Positions 40,661-54,020 of a stretch of DNA of 64,000 bases are shown here, piece by piece; positions within the stretch are counted from its first letter, which is position 1; each line of letters begins with the position of its first letter. Source of the DNA: Lama glama (taxonomy: Eukaryota); assembly GCA_028534125.1 (NCBI GenBank), contig CM052819.1:85436001-85500000 (forward strand), in the 5' to 3' direction. The position numbers were made by a program, and so were the translations under genes. Below the pieces are notes generated by a model, which was not told where the DNA came from, did no database searches, and saw only the letters and a list, made by a program, of their open reading frames with translations.

Positions 40661-41639
40661 GCCTATTCATGGCATTAGTATTAAAATGGTAACTCGACTT
40701 AGAATTGTGGTAGTTTCTCTCAGACTAATTCATTCTAACCAAAAAAAAAAAAAAACATTCAGATGATACAGGACCAGACTTAGAAGAAATATTAAATGCA
40801 GGTGGAAGACAATCAGTAGCTGATTAGCAGGAGTTTGAGTTAATCAGTGAAAGGCATTGAATTAATTTCATAAATATCATTTCCCTCTTCAAGCCAAATT
40901 TTAAGACATTCTTCTATTTGTCCTTCCCACCTCCGTTTCTTTTCCCACACTTGTAGCCAGTCTTCACCATACGACATATGTCCTGATCTGGATAAACTTT
41001 CTATGCCTCAATTTTTCAGCTAAGTTCACAGAATAATTTTTTTTAATTTTTACATAACTTTAAAGATAGAATTGAAGATAGGCTATTAATAGCAATATGA
41101 GGTGAAGAATTATTTGCCTTTTCCTGACTTTTGCTTTTCAAGTGAGAGCCCAGAGTTAATCAAGCCTAGAAAACTCACACCAACAAATATATACTCAAAT
41201 TTGGGAAAGATATCTTAATAACAAAATTATTGATTTTTATTAAGAAATACGCACCATAAGAACCAAACTGCCTGAGAACTCTGTTCCTTTCCACATAACC
41301 CCTTAGATTTGGCCAACATATTGTCAAAAGCACAAGGAATTTCCATCTCTGTTTCTAAAAATTTTCAATATATCAACCCTTCTAAAAGGAAAAAATAAAA
41401 ATTTAACTTCTATCAAACTGCTTATGCTTATAGCTCTTACAGAATTATAAAATAAATTCAATACATATAACCACATAATAAATTAAAATTAATAACAAAT
41501 TTAATATGATAATGTTTTAAAATTATTAAGTTTTCTACTAATGGTATAGAATCAAATCGAAAACAAGATCTTTCCAAGTTAACTCCATGATAATGCTACA
41601 TTAGGTAACACACTGTGGGGGAAAAAAAAAAGCACAACC

Positions 41640-41840
41640 ATTAAACCTGCCAGTCCTGATTTTAAATTTGATCTCTGTCATTTACTGAATATAATGAGGA
41701 ACACTGAGTATTTCTGAATCTGTTTTCTCAGCTATAAGTAAGAATTGCTGCTTGGAAACATCATGAGGCTTAAGAGATTTGATTAACATATAAAACTTCA
41801 GCATGGTCTTAGTATTTAGTAGCTATCCAATAATTATTAA
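41640..41840 (+). mobile_element. MIR SINE
   Basis: ctctgtcatttact...tctgaatctgttttctcagctataag...catataaaacttcagcatggt. Confidence 0.6.
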
Positions 41841-41977
41841 TCACAACCAATTTATTTGCTTTTGGATTAAGAAATACTTAAATATTTACTGTATGTTGCA
41901 TTGTACAATTACATTTATATAAAAAGCTTTTAATAATTTATTTTTTATTATTCTTTTTTACAACTTTCCTCTTTTTT

Positions 41978-42008
41978 CTACACTTGATCTTAGCCAAAAG
42001 GCCAAGAA
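41978..42008 (-). pseudogene. RNU2: U2 snRNA 5'-fragment retropseudogene (about nt 6-36 of U2)
   Basis: ctacacttgatcttagccaaaaggccaagaa is the reverse complement of the U2 5' end (TTCTCGGCCTTTTGGCTAAGATCAAGTGTAG), 30/31 identical; the mismatch is a CpG transition. The adjacent T-rich tract 41935-41977 is an A-rich tail on the minus strand. Confidence 0.9.
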
Positions 42009-45000
42009 AAGTAGCCTTTTAGGAACTATGTTAACATAAGTATTTTTTCTGGGTGAACGTTTATGAGAGAGATTATATAATTTACCTACAGAATTTAAGT
42101 GTTAAATAACTTTAAGAATCACGATCTGACTCTGAAGTGTTTCAACCAAACTATTTCAAATATCAACAGTGATTTTCTTGTTTTCTCATGACAAAAATGT
42201 TATGATGAAAATATCTCACTCATAGAGGTTTTAAAAGCATTTTCGGCTCTAGAACTGTAGGCACTGATAAATGAATATCATCAAAATACTACTGGATGAA
42301 TGCAATCATGCAAAAAGCATTAGACTGTATATTTTCTCATATGAATCAGAGCTTATCCACTTCAGGTTTCAAGGAAACACTAATCATGAGACAAAGAAAT
42401 CAGAGAGAAGTCCAAACCACCAAAATAACTGTCCAGGCATTATCACATCAGGATGCAGCAGATCAAAAATGTGGTCTCCAGATCACGTATGCAGCCACGT
42501 CACTTACTCAGGAGGAGCCATTTTTGATATGAAATTTCATCACTTTGTATTCAGATAATCATGCCCCAAAAATCCATAGATTCCATGTTATTTTGCTATT
42601 GGCAATTCTAGAAAATTACGCCATTCTTACCAAAAGCATTCCCAAGATAAGAACTCTCCTGCCAGCACATGCCATGAATTTGTTTGCCAGGATGTTTGTC
42701 ATTAACATGATTACAAGAAGGCTTGATTGTGTCACTTTCCCAATGATCAAACTCCATTAGAGGGAAAGAATGTAATTCATGCCTGCTGCTTAACTATTTA
42801 TGTCCTACTTGGATGGGTAGGATAAAAACAAAATTTGGAACATAGTAGTCCCTTTAAAAGAAGAGAAAGCCACAAGTGAGCTACATATGGAGACGTTCAG
42901 TCCATGAGGTTGGAGATAAATTGTGACCACCAGAATGAAGCAAAGTCAGGACCAATATTCAGACCAGAGATCAAGATGTGACTGGAGAAAAGATAAAACA
43001 ACCAGAAACAGAAGTTATATCAGAAATGGAGGTCGAGACAAAGAAGTATATCTAACTAGGAAAAAAAAAAATCAGGAGAACTGGAAGGGCATAGGCACGA
43101 GAAGGAAAGACCAAATGATCTAAACAAGTCAGAAGGTAGATCAAGGTAGAGCTCAAAAACCATTCAGACTGTCTGGGCGTCAGTGTCACTGTCAGCAACA
43201 ACTTCCTGCTCTTCATTCTGCTGGAGCAGGAGCAAGCAGATATGTGATCACTCCAGCCTGGAGAGGAGACTGCATACATAGAAACTATGTTTTTACACCA
43301 AGCCTTTTCAATCATATAACACAGAATCAGTAACCAGTAAAAGTGAATTTGGGGAACTCAAAACCAGAATTTTCCTGGATTGCTCCTACTGCCTATTATA
43401 TGCCTGTGTTTAGCTGTGTAATACCTTATTTTCTGGTAAGATTTTAATCTCATTCATAGCATTTTGCTAGTCATTCTACCTTTATAAGAGATCCAAGTTA
43501 TCCAGTCTTCACTTTTTATACCTTCCATAGATAGAGGTGAGCTATTTTAGGAAACTTCACTCACAGTCAACTAAATGCCAAGCTCTAGGCTATTGTCTTT
43601 ACATGCACTATGCAGAACCCACTTTTTTTTCTTTATTTTAAATAAGTTTGTGATCCTTTTCTTGGTTTATTAAATACAATTTCTCAGACATCTACAATTC
43701 TGTGTGAATTCTGATTCTATGGGGAGCCAGGACATGACACTAACTGAATAGACTCCTCAAGAGACCTACAAGCTGTCAACTGTATAAAGATTTCTTTTTG
43801 TAATGCAATGTTTCAGTTCACTGCACACAACATCAAAACCCCAAGATCAGAGAGAATGCAAAATACATTTTAACTGATACTTAAGAAAAAACATATTCAA
43901 CCCCTCAAAGTATTCTTGAAGAAAAAGAAATTATTCAAAATATTTTCTACACCCATATCCAAACAGCAGAATCCTGCAGTTAACTGTCATTTTCAGTAGT
44001 GACCTAGCAATTATCTTTGACTCCTTGGTGAATATTTTTCTTTTCACTATTATCATACGATGAAAGCCTAAAAATACTTCAAGTCAGCCACCAACAAAAG
44101 CAAAAAAGAACTGATAGTATGAACCCGAGGGACTGCCTGGAAAAAAGTCATGAACAGGAAAATACATTTGCATGTATTTGGCTGTCTAGTGAAGCAGACC
44201 AATTATACAGTTCCCAAAAGGTAGCTTAGAGACAGAAAATTACTTCAAATAGCTTTTTAGTCTATTAGATTGATTATGTATGACCTAGTGATAGTTAAAA
44301 TTTTAGTCTAGATTGAAAAGTTAAAAAAAAAAAACTACGAGGTATGTTACTCAAAAGAGCAAGCATATGGAGGACTACATATGCAATTACTTATTTCATA
44401 ATGCTGAAAATTTGTTTTTGAGCAACCACAAAAAAACACTCTATTATATTTCTATACATGGATTTTAATCTGATGAACTGAAATGACCTTGTGTCAGCCT
44501 CGGGGAAAAACCAAGTACACAGCATTATGATCACCTCAAAACTCAGGAATCTGCATGCAGAATGGCTTCAACAGTAGATAACTGTACAAAGAGGAGAGTT
44601 AATTCCTTTGCTTAAAGATATAGACTTAGAATAAAACTTGTCTGAGTTTCTGGAGAGTTTCATGCCATTTTCAGCCTTCATTCTCTCTCTGCTCTGAAAA
44701 CAGATTTTGAGGAACTGGATTCTACTTTTGGATTTCATTTGCCAAAGGAATTATCATGACCCTTTCTCTATCTCATAAGACCTAATTTCACCATCATTTT
44801 AGCCTTTTTTTGTTTCAACCTGTATGCTTCGTTTTCACTGAAGGAATTAAGGGAATAATTTTTTTTTTTTTAAAGACAACAGGCCAAAGTGGGATTGCTT
44901 AGACTAACATTTGTAAGCATTAGATCTCTGAATTGTGACTTGTGAATTTGCTTTCAGATTCCTATTGACTGGTTTGTTTCTCTCTCAGGGACAGCTACTG

Positions 45001-45279
45001 TCTTCCTGTTGGTCTTGTTTTATGTTCTGAGAACATGGCTTGGCAATCATCAGGTTGGGGAGCCCAGAAATAATGGCCTATACTCTTGATCACTATGCCC
45101 AATTACTTTGAATAGCAGTCAAGATTAGAGAGAGAGAGCATAATGTTACCACAATAGGCATAATTAATGAAAACTGGATAAATATCACTTCTAAAATGAA
45201 TATTTTAATTTTGTCTGTAAGCAGAACAAGTAGACTCTGGAGAGAGAAAGGATTTCAAGTACATGTTGATTATACCTGC

Positions 45280-45746
45280 TGTGATCATTAATTTTGTGTG
45301 TCGACTTGACTGGGTCATGGGGTGCCCAGATTAAACTTTATTTCCATGCACATCCAAAAGAGTAACATTTGAATCTGTGGACTCAGTAGACTGCCCTCCC
45401 CAATGTGGGTGATCATCATCCAATCCACTGAAGGCTTGAATAAAAGAAAAGACAGAGGAAGGAAGTATTTGCTCCCTTCCTGCCAGTCTCATTGAGCTAG
45501 GATATCATTTTCCTTATTCTTCTCCTGCCCTTGAAGATTTATACCATCACCTTCCCTGGTTCTAAGGTCTTCAGACTCAGACTGCAACTACACCAATTTT
45601 TTTCCCTGTATCTTCAGCTTGCAGACAACAGATGGTGGGACTTCTCAGCTTCATAAGCATGTGAGCCAATGCCTCACAATAAATCCCTTACCATATTCTA
45701 TTTTATATAGTTTGTTCGTTGTGTTTCTCTGGAGAACCCTAATACA
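45280..45746 (+). mobile_element. ERVL solo LTR, MLT2 family (MLT2D/B-like), with 5-bp TSD
   Basis: Starts tgtgatcattaattttgtgtgtcgacttgactggg and ends tgtttctctggagaaccctaataca (TG...CA). Flanks are cctgc (45275-45279) and cctgt (45747-45751). Confidence 0.92.
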
Positions 45747-45799
45747 CCTGTCTTATAGGGGACATGGGTCTTAAACCCTTGTTCTTAATCCTTTTTCAT

Positions 45800-46420
45800 C
45801 TCGGAGAGAGGTTTCTAGTAACATCTCAGGATGTCACTTTCCTTTAGACTTTGCTTATTCACTGTTGTTATCAATGGAATGGATAAAGATATGGACTGCA
45901 AACATATGTTAGATTTAATTAAAGATTCAAAAGTAATGTGGCTAAGTATATAAAACCAAATTTAGCAGCAACACGTTATCAAGTTCTATATTTAGGTTTA
46001 TGAAATGTAAGTATTTAAGATGCCCAAACTTGAAACACATGTCACGGTGTTTTATCAGTTGGAGTTCATTTGTCTTACTGTATAGAGGAAGAGCAAGTAT
46101 AAGATTTTTATATTTTTCTCAATATCCTTAGCAGCTATAGTAGTACTTATTACTTAAAATTTGTTCAATTATACATGTTAGATGGATTAATACATTAATG
46201 AATCAATGAGTACAGAATGGAAAACTTAGAAGTATTTTATTTTGCAAAGATCAGAATGAATTAGTTTACTATAAGCTAAATCTCTGCTGGTCCTACTAAA
46301 CTAAGTATTAAAGGATAAAAGTGCAGTAAGATTAAAAGAATTTTAATTTCATCATAAAAGAATGGTTAAAAAGTTAATATATTGTCAGACCACAAGCCAC
46401 ATATCGTGATTATTTTCTCG
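45800..46420 (+). mobile_element. L3/CR1 LINE RT-region remnant, interrupted by an L2 tail (~46040-46210)
   Basis: ggtttctagt...ttatcaatggaatggataaagatat; aagattcaaaa...aagttctatatttagg; gtcagaccaca. All resemble L3 consensus segments and occur in the expected order. Confidence 0.5.
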
Positions 46421-48959
46421 GCCTCTCTCATGGGAGATGTTGATATAACACAATGCATATACTTCAAAATATGATGAGTGCTTTGAAATTTATAAAAAAA
46501 TGTATATAACTATGAGGTTGCCCATGTTCAATTCAAAGAAAATAAGAAATTGGTCCTTGCATATGTAAAGGTAATTGGTCCTAGCATATTTAGCAGAAAG
46601 GTTTAGGATCTTGTAGGTCTCTTAATTTTAAAATGATTGGAAGCTGAAATTTAAGAGAAAAAAAAGAAATTTGTAGATCTCAAAAAAAATCCCATTAACC
46701 TCAAAATATGAAAGTCACTTTATAAAGAATATTAGCAGTAACTATACTGGCTGTTTCACAAAGTTGTGTTAATTTTTGTTTAACAGGATTCAGGCAGACA
46801 GTCTTTCACTAATGTCACTGAAGAAATACATTTTCTACTCAGTGACCTCTAAGGGTCCCCCAATTTCACATTCAAGGTTGTGTGATTTCATAACCTGAAC
46901 AATAATATAGACTCCTAATGAATTCATTCTACAGTCTATGGCTTATTTTGGTATCTAAATGTTGTGAGATAAAGCCACACTGCATAGCTGGTGTAATTAT
47001 AGTAAGAGAACATGGTTAAAAGCCTTTAGGAAGAGCTTTTTTTTTTTTTAATATAAAGCAAAGTTATAGATAAGAAGTATCATAGATATCTAAATAATGA
47101 TGTGAGATCAGAGATGTAGACAAGTTAATAAATCCAGGAATGCTGTATTTTTTTTAATGGTAATATGTCAAATGGTAAAATGGTAAAACTATTCTACTAA
47201 CTGTGGATGGGAAGGACTAACCAGAAGGAAGATTGAAAGCGGAAAATTAAGCAGGAACCTTCATTTCTTGACTGAGTATCTTGAACATAGCACTGGGATA
47301 ATATTATCATGAGGTACAGTACCCATGTGGGGAAGGAGGGTGCCTGTGAGCTGAGCTATGAGATTAAATCTCAAATGACATTATAAAAATAATTATAATG
47401 ATTTCAACCATCAGGTCTCATTTATTTTATAGCTTCACACTACTGTTGATTAATTTTAGTCAGTATCAATTAATGAGCCAAATAAGGGCTGATAAATCTC
47501 ATTGGGTTAAGAGGGTCAGAAAGTGTTATGCTTTTCTGAATCTGAAATGACATGTAAAATGTTTAGGATACTTCAGAGCACACAGTAAGTACTTAACACA
47601 GTGCTGGCATTCCTTACAATTACTGTAGTGTTTAAGGAAACAGGGGATCAAATTGCATTATGTGAATAGTGATAATGGAAAAAAGCAAAGAAAGACTAGC
47701 AAAGACAGTATTCGTAAAGGAAAACAAGAAAAATGACTGATTAAAAGCTGAGGCTTAAGAGGAAAAAAACTTAGAGATAATAAAATGAGCACGGAAAATC
47801 CAAGTAGCCAAGCAGGAAACAAATCATCATTATCAAAGCAACAGTGATGCCGCTAATGAGTTGGTAGGAGGGACATAACTTCCTTGTTTGGTACTCACAG
47901 TGTTAGAACTCAGGTGCTCAAGTAAACACAGATAGAGTCTGACAAATGGCAAGAAGGATAATCTAAAGGTGAACTTGAAAAAGTCAGTTACTCACTAGGT
48001 ATTGTCAAAAGTGCCAAGTACTGAATGACACTCAAATTTATCAGGAATCTGAGACCAGAATTTTGTGAAATGATGACAGTAAATGCTAAAAGTTAACAGC
48101 ATTCTCAGCCATAACAAAAACACAATGGCACAGGGTCCAGTCAAAATAATATAATAGCATGAGGCCAGTAGCAGAACAAGAAAAATGCAATACTGAGGAA
48201 GCAGAGGTTAAGGATTCCTGAAAGAAGGGAGTGGTTAGGCATACTAAGCACATGACATAAATCATTTTATTCTGCCTGCCTAATTTTTCTTCTAATCTAC
48301 CAAAGAAGCAATGCTGACCTCCTCCCAAGGACATGTTCTAGAAGTCAAAGGCATTTACATCCTTGTGAAGTGTAATGAAATACAATGAAATAGATTTTTT
48401 TTAAATAGAGCTATAGGTGCTTGATATTTACATGAACAGTTTGCTTCAAAGTATTAATATGTAAATCTTACCCACGAGTAAAATAATTAATGATGAACAT
48501 AGTGCAAATGAAAATGAGCATATAACTTGTTAATCTAACGAATATGATTAAAAGTGTGAATCAGAGAACTGAACTCCTGATATTTCAGTAATAAAAGTTA
48601 ACCTTTATTCAATTAATTTATTTTTAATTTTTAACACCTATTTTGGGGTCATCATCATTCTCAAGGAGTAGATTCCAGAGTAGAAGTGAGTTGAATGAAT
48701 GAATGAGCAAGTAAGTAAACAATATATATAAGACAATTTAATATTGTAAGATATTCCATGGGGAAAATTCAGCAGGGACAGAGATAAGATAGAGGGGCTA
48801 TTTTCACTAAGGCGACCAGGAAAATCCTCTTTGAGATTTCATTTGAACAGAGGTGTAAGTGATATGAATGAATGTGAATTTGAATATTTAGTAATAGCAC
48901 CTATCAAACACTGTGAACATCAAGTGCAAAGGCCTTGAGAAGGAAGCATGCTCAGCGTG

Positions 48960-49415
48960 TATATGATAAACGGGCTGGCAGGAAGCAGGTGGCACACAAA
49001 GGGTTAACTCAGGAATTGAATGAAAGAGCTACGTCAGACTAATAAGACTGGGTTCCTACACCCAGGGACTAGCAACCATGGGAAATATGTAACACTCCTA
49101 AATCAATGGGGCAAAAGGGAAACAGTGGCTGTGGAACCTTGCAGGAGTCTGGCTTGGAAGAAGAGTTCCGTCCAAGGGCTGTAGGAAACACAGCCGCGCC
49201 AGAGTGAGGTTAAAGAGGAAGAGTAGGGGATCCATTTCCCAGGCTCCCTCCTGTCCAGTCCTCCAGTCTCCTGCTCAGGCCTCCTATCTGCTGAACTTAA
49301 GAGAAAGGCAAAGGAGCCCAGGTGTTTAGACCACAAAGTACAGCCCACAGAGCAGAGAAGCGAGAACAGTGGAGCATACAGGGAATAGGGGGTGCAGTGG
49401 AGCACACCCAGCACA
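48960..49415 (-). mobile_element. ERVL solo LTR, LTR33
   Basis: The reverse complement of the right end, tgtgctgggtgtgctccactgcaccccc...ctgctctgtg, matches the LTR33 start. Internal ccccagggactagcaac and cctccagtctcctgc..ggcctcc. Confidence 0.8.
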
Positions 49416-50134
49416 TGGAGGATGACAAAGAATCAGAGGCCAGTGTGGCTGCAGCTCAGGGAGCAAGGCGAGTCCTCTTGGGAAAGAGCCAAAGCAGAGC
49501 CTTACTGTTGTGATAGGAAATCACTGGAATGTTTCCTTTGAAAAGGTAACTTTGCCATGGTGTCCAGACTGCAGAAAGACAAGACTCTGAAAGCAGACCA
49601 GTTAGGAGTCTATGACAGATTACAATGGAGCAAGGGAGGTGGTAAGAGGTGGGATGAACTTTAATTATTTTGACATCATGCAATCCTCAGTAAGATCAGA
49701 TACAGAATTCTGTCCTGTGTAACACCTTCAACTCAGCTTAAAATTCTTTTAATGAGTGTTCTGTCCCAGGCAATGGGATACAGTGAGGATCTTAGAGCAA
49801 AATAAAATGCATTCCTTTCTTCAAAGGAGCTCACAGTGTAGCAGGAGACAGAATAAACTGCAATATAATAAATTATACATGTTTCAATATTAAAATAAAG
49901 AGGTCGAGGGCATTCTGTGGCTTCATTTGAAGGTGTGTTAATGACACTGGTGCTGCACCTAGTTTGAATACAGTTTAAGCAGATGAAGAGAGACAAGAAG
50001 TTGGGGATAACTGAGAAGAAAGGGTGTGTGGGCCAAGAATCAAGTGTGAGAAATCACAGAGGCCCAAGTAGATGGAGGAGGCGCACTCAGGCTCCTGCGT
50101 AAAGGGGACAGCTGAGAAAGGTGAAGGGCTAAAT

Positions 50135-50312
50135 CAGAGGTGCTCAGCTCTTTCTGCCTATTTGGATCTCCTGGGTGTTTTAGAAATACTGGTGCACAGA
50201 TCCTACCCCAAACCAATCAAACCAGAATCTCAGAAGAGTGGCCTGGGAATATGTGTTTGGGGAAAAAAAAAATTCAGGTGATTTGGATATAAACCCAAGG
50301 CTGCCAGGTGCT
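50135..50312. mobile_element. MER5B-like hAT MITE
   Basis: cagaggtgctcag...ctcctgggtgttttagaaatactg...ccccaaaccaatcaaaccagaatctc...ggcctgggaat...caggtgatt. Confidence 0.75.
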
Positions 50313-53300
50313 ATCTCCAAATCCTGAAAAGCCTACATTTCAGAGTAAGAGCCTTGGTTTTATAATAAAGATTTGAAAGCCACAGCATTGTTTGTTTGTT
50401 TGTTTTTCTTTTTAAGAAAAGTTGGTTGTAGAGGAATAAAGATGGAAGAGGTAATCAGATTAAAAGAACAATGAGGGACATACCAACAAACAGAGAACTG
50501 AGGACAGACAGGGTGAAAGAGGCAAAATCAAAAAGATTTGGTGGCCTATTGAATGCAAAGGGGGCAGGGCACGAGGTGAATGGATGGGGACCTGGAAGCT
50601 GGAGTGTGTTGTTTTGATGACCAGGTGTGCAATCCTGATAACCAGCTTGTGGAAAGGAGGAAGGGAAGTGGGTCGGACTGGAGCACAGGGTGTGGGAGTG
50701 GGACAAGGGGCAGACGTGAGGAGTGTAGTAACAAGCATGTTGAGATTGAGAGGCCCTGGGACTTCCCACTGGAGAGACCCAGAAGGGAGTCACACTTGGG
50801 TATCTACCAGAGAAGAGATGCTGAAAACACAGGTATAAATTCAAGAGTCTTAAAATTACAAGTGTTTCTGAATCATGATTGTAAATAAAACTATGCAGAG
50901 GGATTTTAAGCAGAGAGTAGAGAATGAAGGGCCAACTCCCGACGGCATAGGGCAAGGAGACGGGGAGAGCAGGGTTCAGGGTATCAGAATTTACGAGTAG
51001 ATGAGGGAAGAAAAGACTTCAGAGGGTTAAAGAAGCCAAGCCAAAGTGGAATCACAGAAGCTTAAAAGTGAGAGGATTTAAATGAGTGGCTAACATTCAT
51101 CTACTTACAAAACAGAGATTTGAGTTTGTAAACAAATGAAGCCAGGAATCAATTTGGGGAACATTTCAAGGTCAGCATGAGGCATCTTGGGAGGGACAAT
51201 GTGCCTATCAGTTGAAACTGTCTCCTGATTCACCAAGAATTCAGCTACAGGGTGCACAAAATCAACTTCAAGCAAACGGAGGTCAATGATTTTCAGATTA
51301 CTCATTTTTCCTTCCTTCCTATTCCCTCAATACATGCCACAACACCTGACACATGGTGAGTGATGACTACTTCCCTATGACTTCTGTTTTTCAGTGGCAG
51401 AGTGAAATGGCCAAGAGAATAGATCCAAAATACTAGCCCCATGAGCAATTAATGTTAAGTTCATTCTTCTGTCCTGAGAAACGCCTTTGGAAATTTCAGC
51501 TAAGGAGTAATGTATTTCCTGTTCTCAGGGATCTGAAGCAATAGTAAGTAAGAAGATTTACTTGCCTAGAGAGCAAATTGCCTGTGCATTTTTCATGTGG
51601 GAGAGGGAATACAGAGAATTTTCTAATTAGAATTTGAATAAGCAACATGGCTTATATTTTCATACAGAACAAGCTTCTCTAAGGCTTCTTGGTAAGAATG
51701 TAACTCTGACTTCTTGAGCCCAGTAGAGTAAGTGAGGAGAGAATTCTTTCATACCAGTCACAAGAATGGTAGAAACTTTTAGAAGGAGCTCTTCTGAAAT
51801 TCTACCATCTAGTATATTTTCAGAAAAATTTAGCTCCTATTTAAAATGTCATGCCACTCCATTTAACAGCAATTAGAAATGTGTCAACTATTTCAGTTTT
51901 TTAGTCTTTTTACCCCCAGAAAGGTTGGTTTTCAATCTATTTTGGACCTCAAGATACTCTGATTTTTAAAGCATGTTTATAGATTTCTTTTTGGCCAATT
52001 AACCTTTTTTTTTTAGTTTTGTTTTTTAACTTACTTGTCGAAGTATAGCTACTATTTGTACTTTTAACTTGGAAAAAAGATTGTGAATTTTTTTACATGT
52101 AAAGACTCATTAATCCATATAAATTGTTCAGATTATCAAAGTTAAAAATGTAGGAAATAAAGTGATAAATTTATCTGCTAAATCTCTTTCCCAAAAAAAA
52201 AGAGCAATAAATTCTATACTATTGTGAAATATATGAGCTGGAAAATGTTCCATGTGCCTTGAATAAACTGCTGCTTAAAATTCAAGGTATAATCTATAAC
52301 AAAATACTTTTTCCAGATTCGATTTTATGGCAGGATGCATTTTCACTCATTTATATATTCTCTGCAATTTCTGATTCAAGATATTTCACAATTCTAAAGA
52401 AGATCCAAAATAGAATAATTATTACATAATAAAAAGAAATTGAGGACAATAACTGAGCAGCTTACTCACAGTAACTAGATTTGCAACAAAAATGCACTGA
52501 AAAATATTGCCTAGCTATTTAAATTTGGCTGAGATATAAGTGTATGCCCTATGTGTGTGTCATACAGAAAAAAAAAATTACCTTTGGGGGAAACAGAGTG
52601 GTTAAATTCCTAAGATTTATTGTTTAACCTCAGGAAGACTTTCAGTAACTTTGAATAAAATGTATACATTTAATGGAAGGCATGCTATGCTTCTTACAAG
52701 AATTTGTTCCAAGTCTTTGTGTATAATTAATGGCTTGCCTACATATTTTTTCAATAAAACTATCCATGCAGAATTTTAAGTAGGCATTTTCAATACCAGA
52801 ATGAATGTATCTTTGTGAAGAAACCATTTATCTACCATAACATCCAAAGCATAATAAGAAGACTTTGATACAATGCAGATTTAGAACTGACTTGGAAAAC
52901 AAAGCCGCAAGATACTGTCCTGTCAGCACAAAGTAAATAAATTTGTCGCAGTAAGTTAAGATTTAAATTTGCAAACTTATCAGCAATGAAGTTAAAGTAA
53001 TTTTTTTTTTACAAGTTTCTTAACTCCAGATTATATGGTTAGAAATTTTACTTTTTTAATCAGGCAACTGATGCCTATAAAACTTGAAATGAGAGTTTTG
53101 CCTTTTAATTAGATACACTACAAGCAAAGAAATCACTGAAGCAGCAATTGAGAATTATCCTGTTCTTTTTTGGATGTTCTTTACATGGAAGATATCTAGA
53201 ATTTTTAGAACAATAGAGCAGAAGATTTTAGATATTCAAGCAACTTATGATTTTGTACTTTGACAAAATTATCAAAATATGAAAAGAAAAATTTGCTTTT

Positions 53301-53669
53301 TCAATATACCAGCAAGCAAATGCTCTTTTATTCATATTATCTGATAGAAATAATATAGGATCAAAGAGTCCCAAAGCAGATCACTGGTGACTGGGAGGAT
53401 AAAGGTCATATTTAATAGTTGAAACAAAATTGACATTTTACATGGTGAGCTTCAGGAAGAAGAGGAATATACTGTTTGGAGACAAAGGCCCCTTTCTTTG
53501 GACAGTTTCTAAGTTTTCCTGAGGAAATGCTGTTGTTAATGCTGCAGTTATATACCTGGCTCTCAAAATATGAAAATCAAAGCGTTGAGATTAAACAGAA
53601 TACTTATCATTTGTAAATCATAATCTTTGAACCCTTTAAATTACAACTACACAGAGAAAGGGGATTCTT

Positions 53670-53805
53670 ATACAGAGATTCATGGATAGAACTGCCAAGT
53701 TTTGTCAAAATCTGTTTACACGCATTTTTTCTTTTTTGTTTGACGGTCACAGACTTCATTATATGTTCAAAGATCTCCATGACCTAGTAAAACTTAGTAA
53801 CCATT
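53670..53805. mobile_element. hAT-type DNA transposon fragment (family uncertain)
   Basis: gattcatggataga...ttcaaagatctccatgacc...ttagtaaccat resembles Charlie-family MITE ends. Confidence 0.4.
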
Positions 53806-53813
53806 TTTACTTT

Positions 53814-54020
53814 TGTGCTGGAGCTGGCTTGTGCTGGCCTGTACCCACTTGTGTTAGCTGATTATTAGATTTTCAGAAATGTTGTGAACTGTTAAACTGC
53901 TAGTAGCTTAAAACTGAGCACAGAGTTGTGCACACCATAGAAACAGACAAACTCTCAAATAGAGCTTCTCTCTTTTCCAATTCCTCCTCTCCACGCCAGT
54001 TTGCCATATACCAGATTACT
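53814..54020 (+). mobile_element. MER63 (hAT-Blackjack) element
   Basis: tgtgctggagctggcttgtgctggc...gattattagattttcagaaatgttgtga...gtagcttaaaactg...ccatagaaacagacaaact. Confidence 0.7.

Larger units (their letters stand above)
48600..51100 (-). mobile_element. L2 LINE fragments hosting nested LTR33 and MER5B insertions
   Basis: Antisense L2 phrases: caagtgcaaaggccttgag; gaggccagtgtggctgcag; gcagaccagttaggag; catgttgagattgagaggccct; gaagccaagccaaag. Confidence 0.75.

Noticed and set aside
50455-50955. Cluster of ORFs up to 166 aa
   Set aside because: They lie within decayed L2 sequence, overlap on both strands and show no coherent protein.
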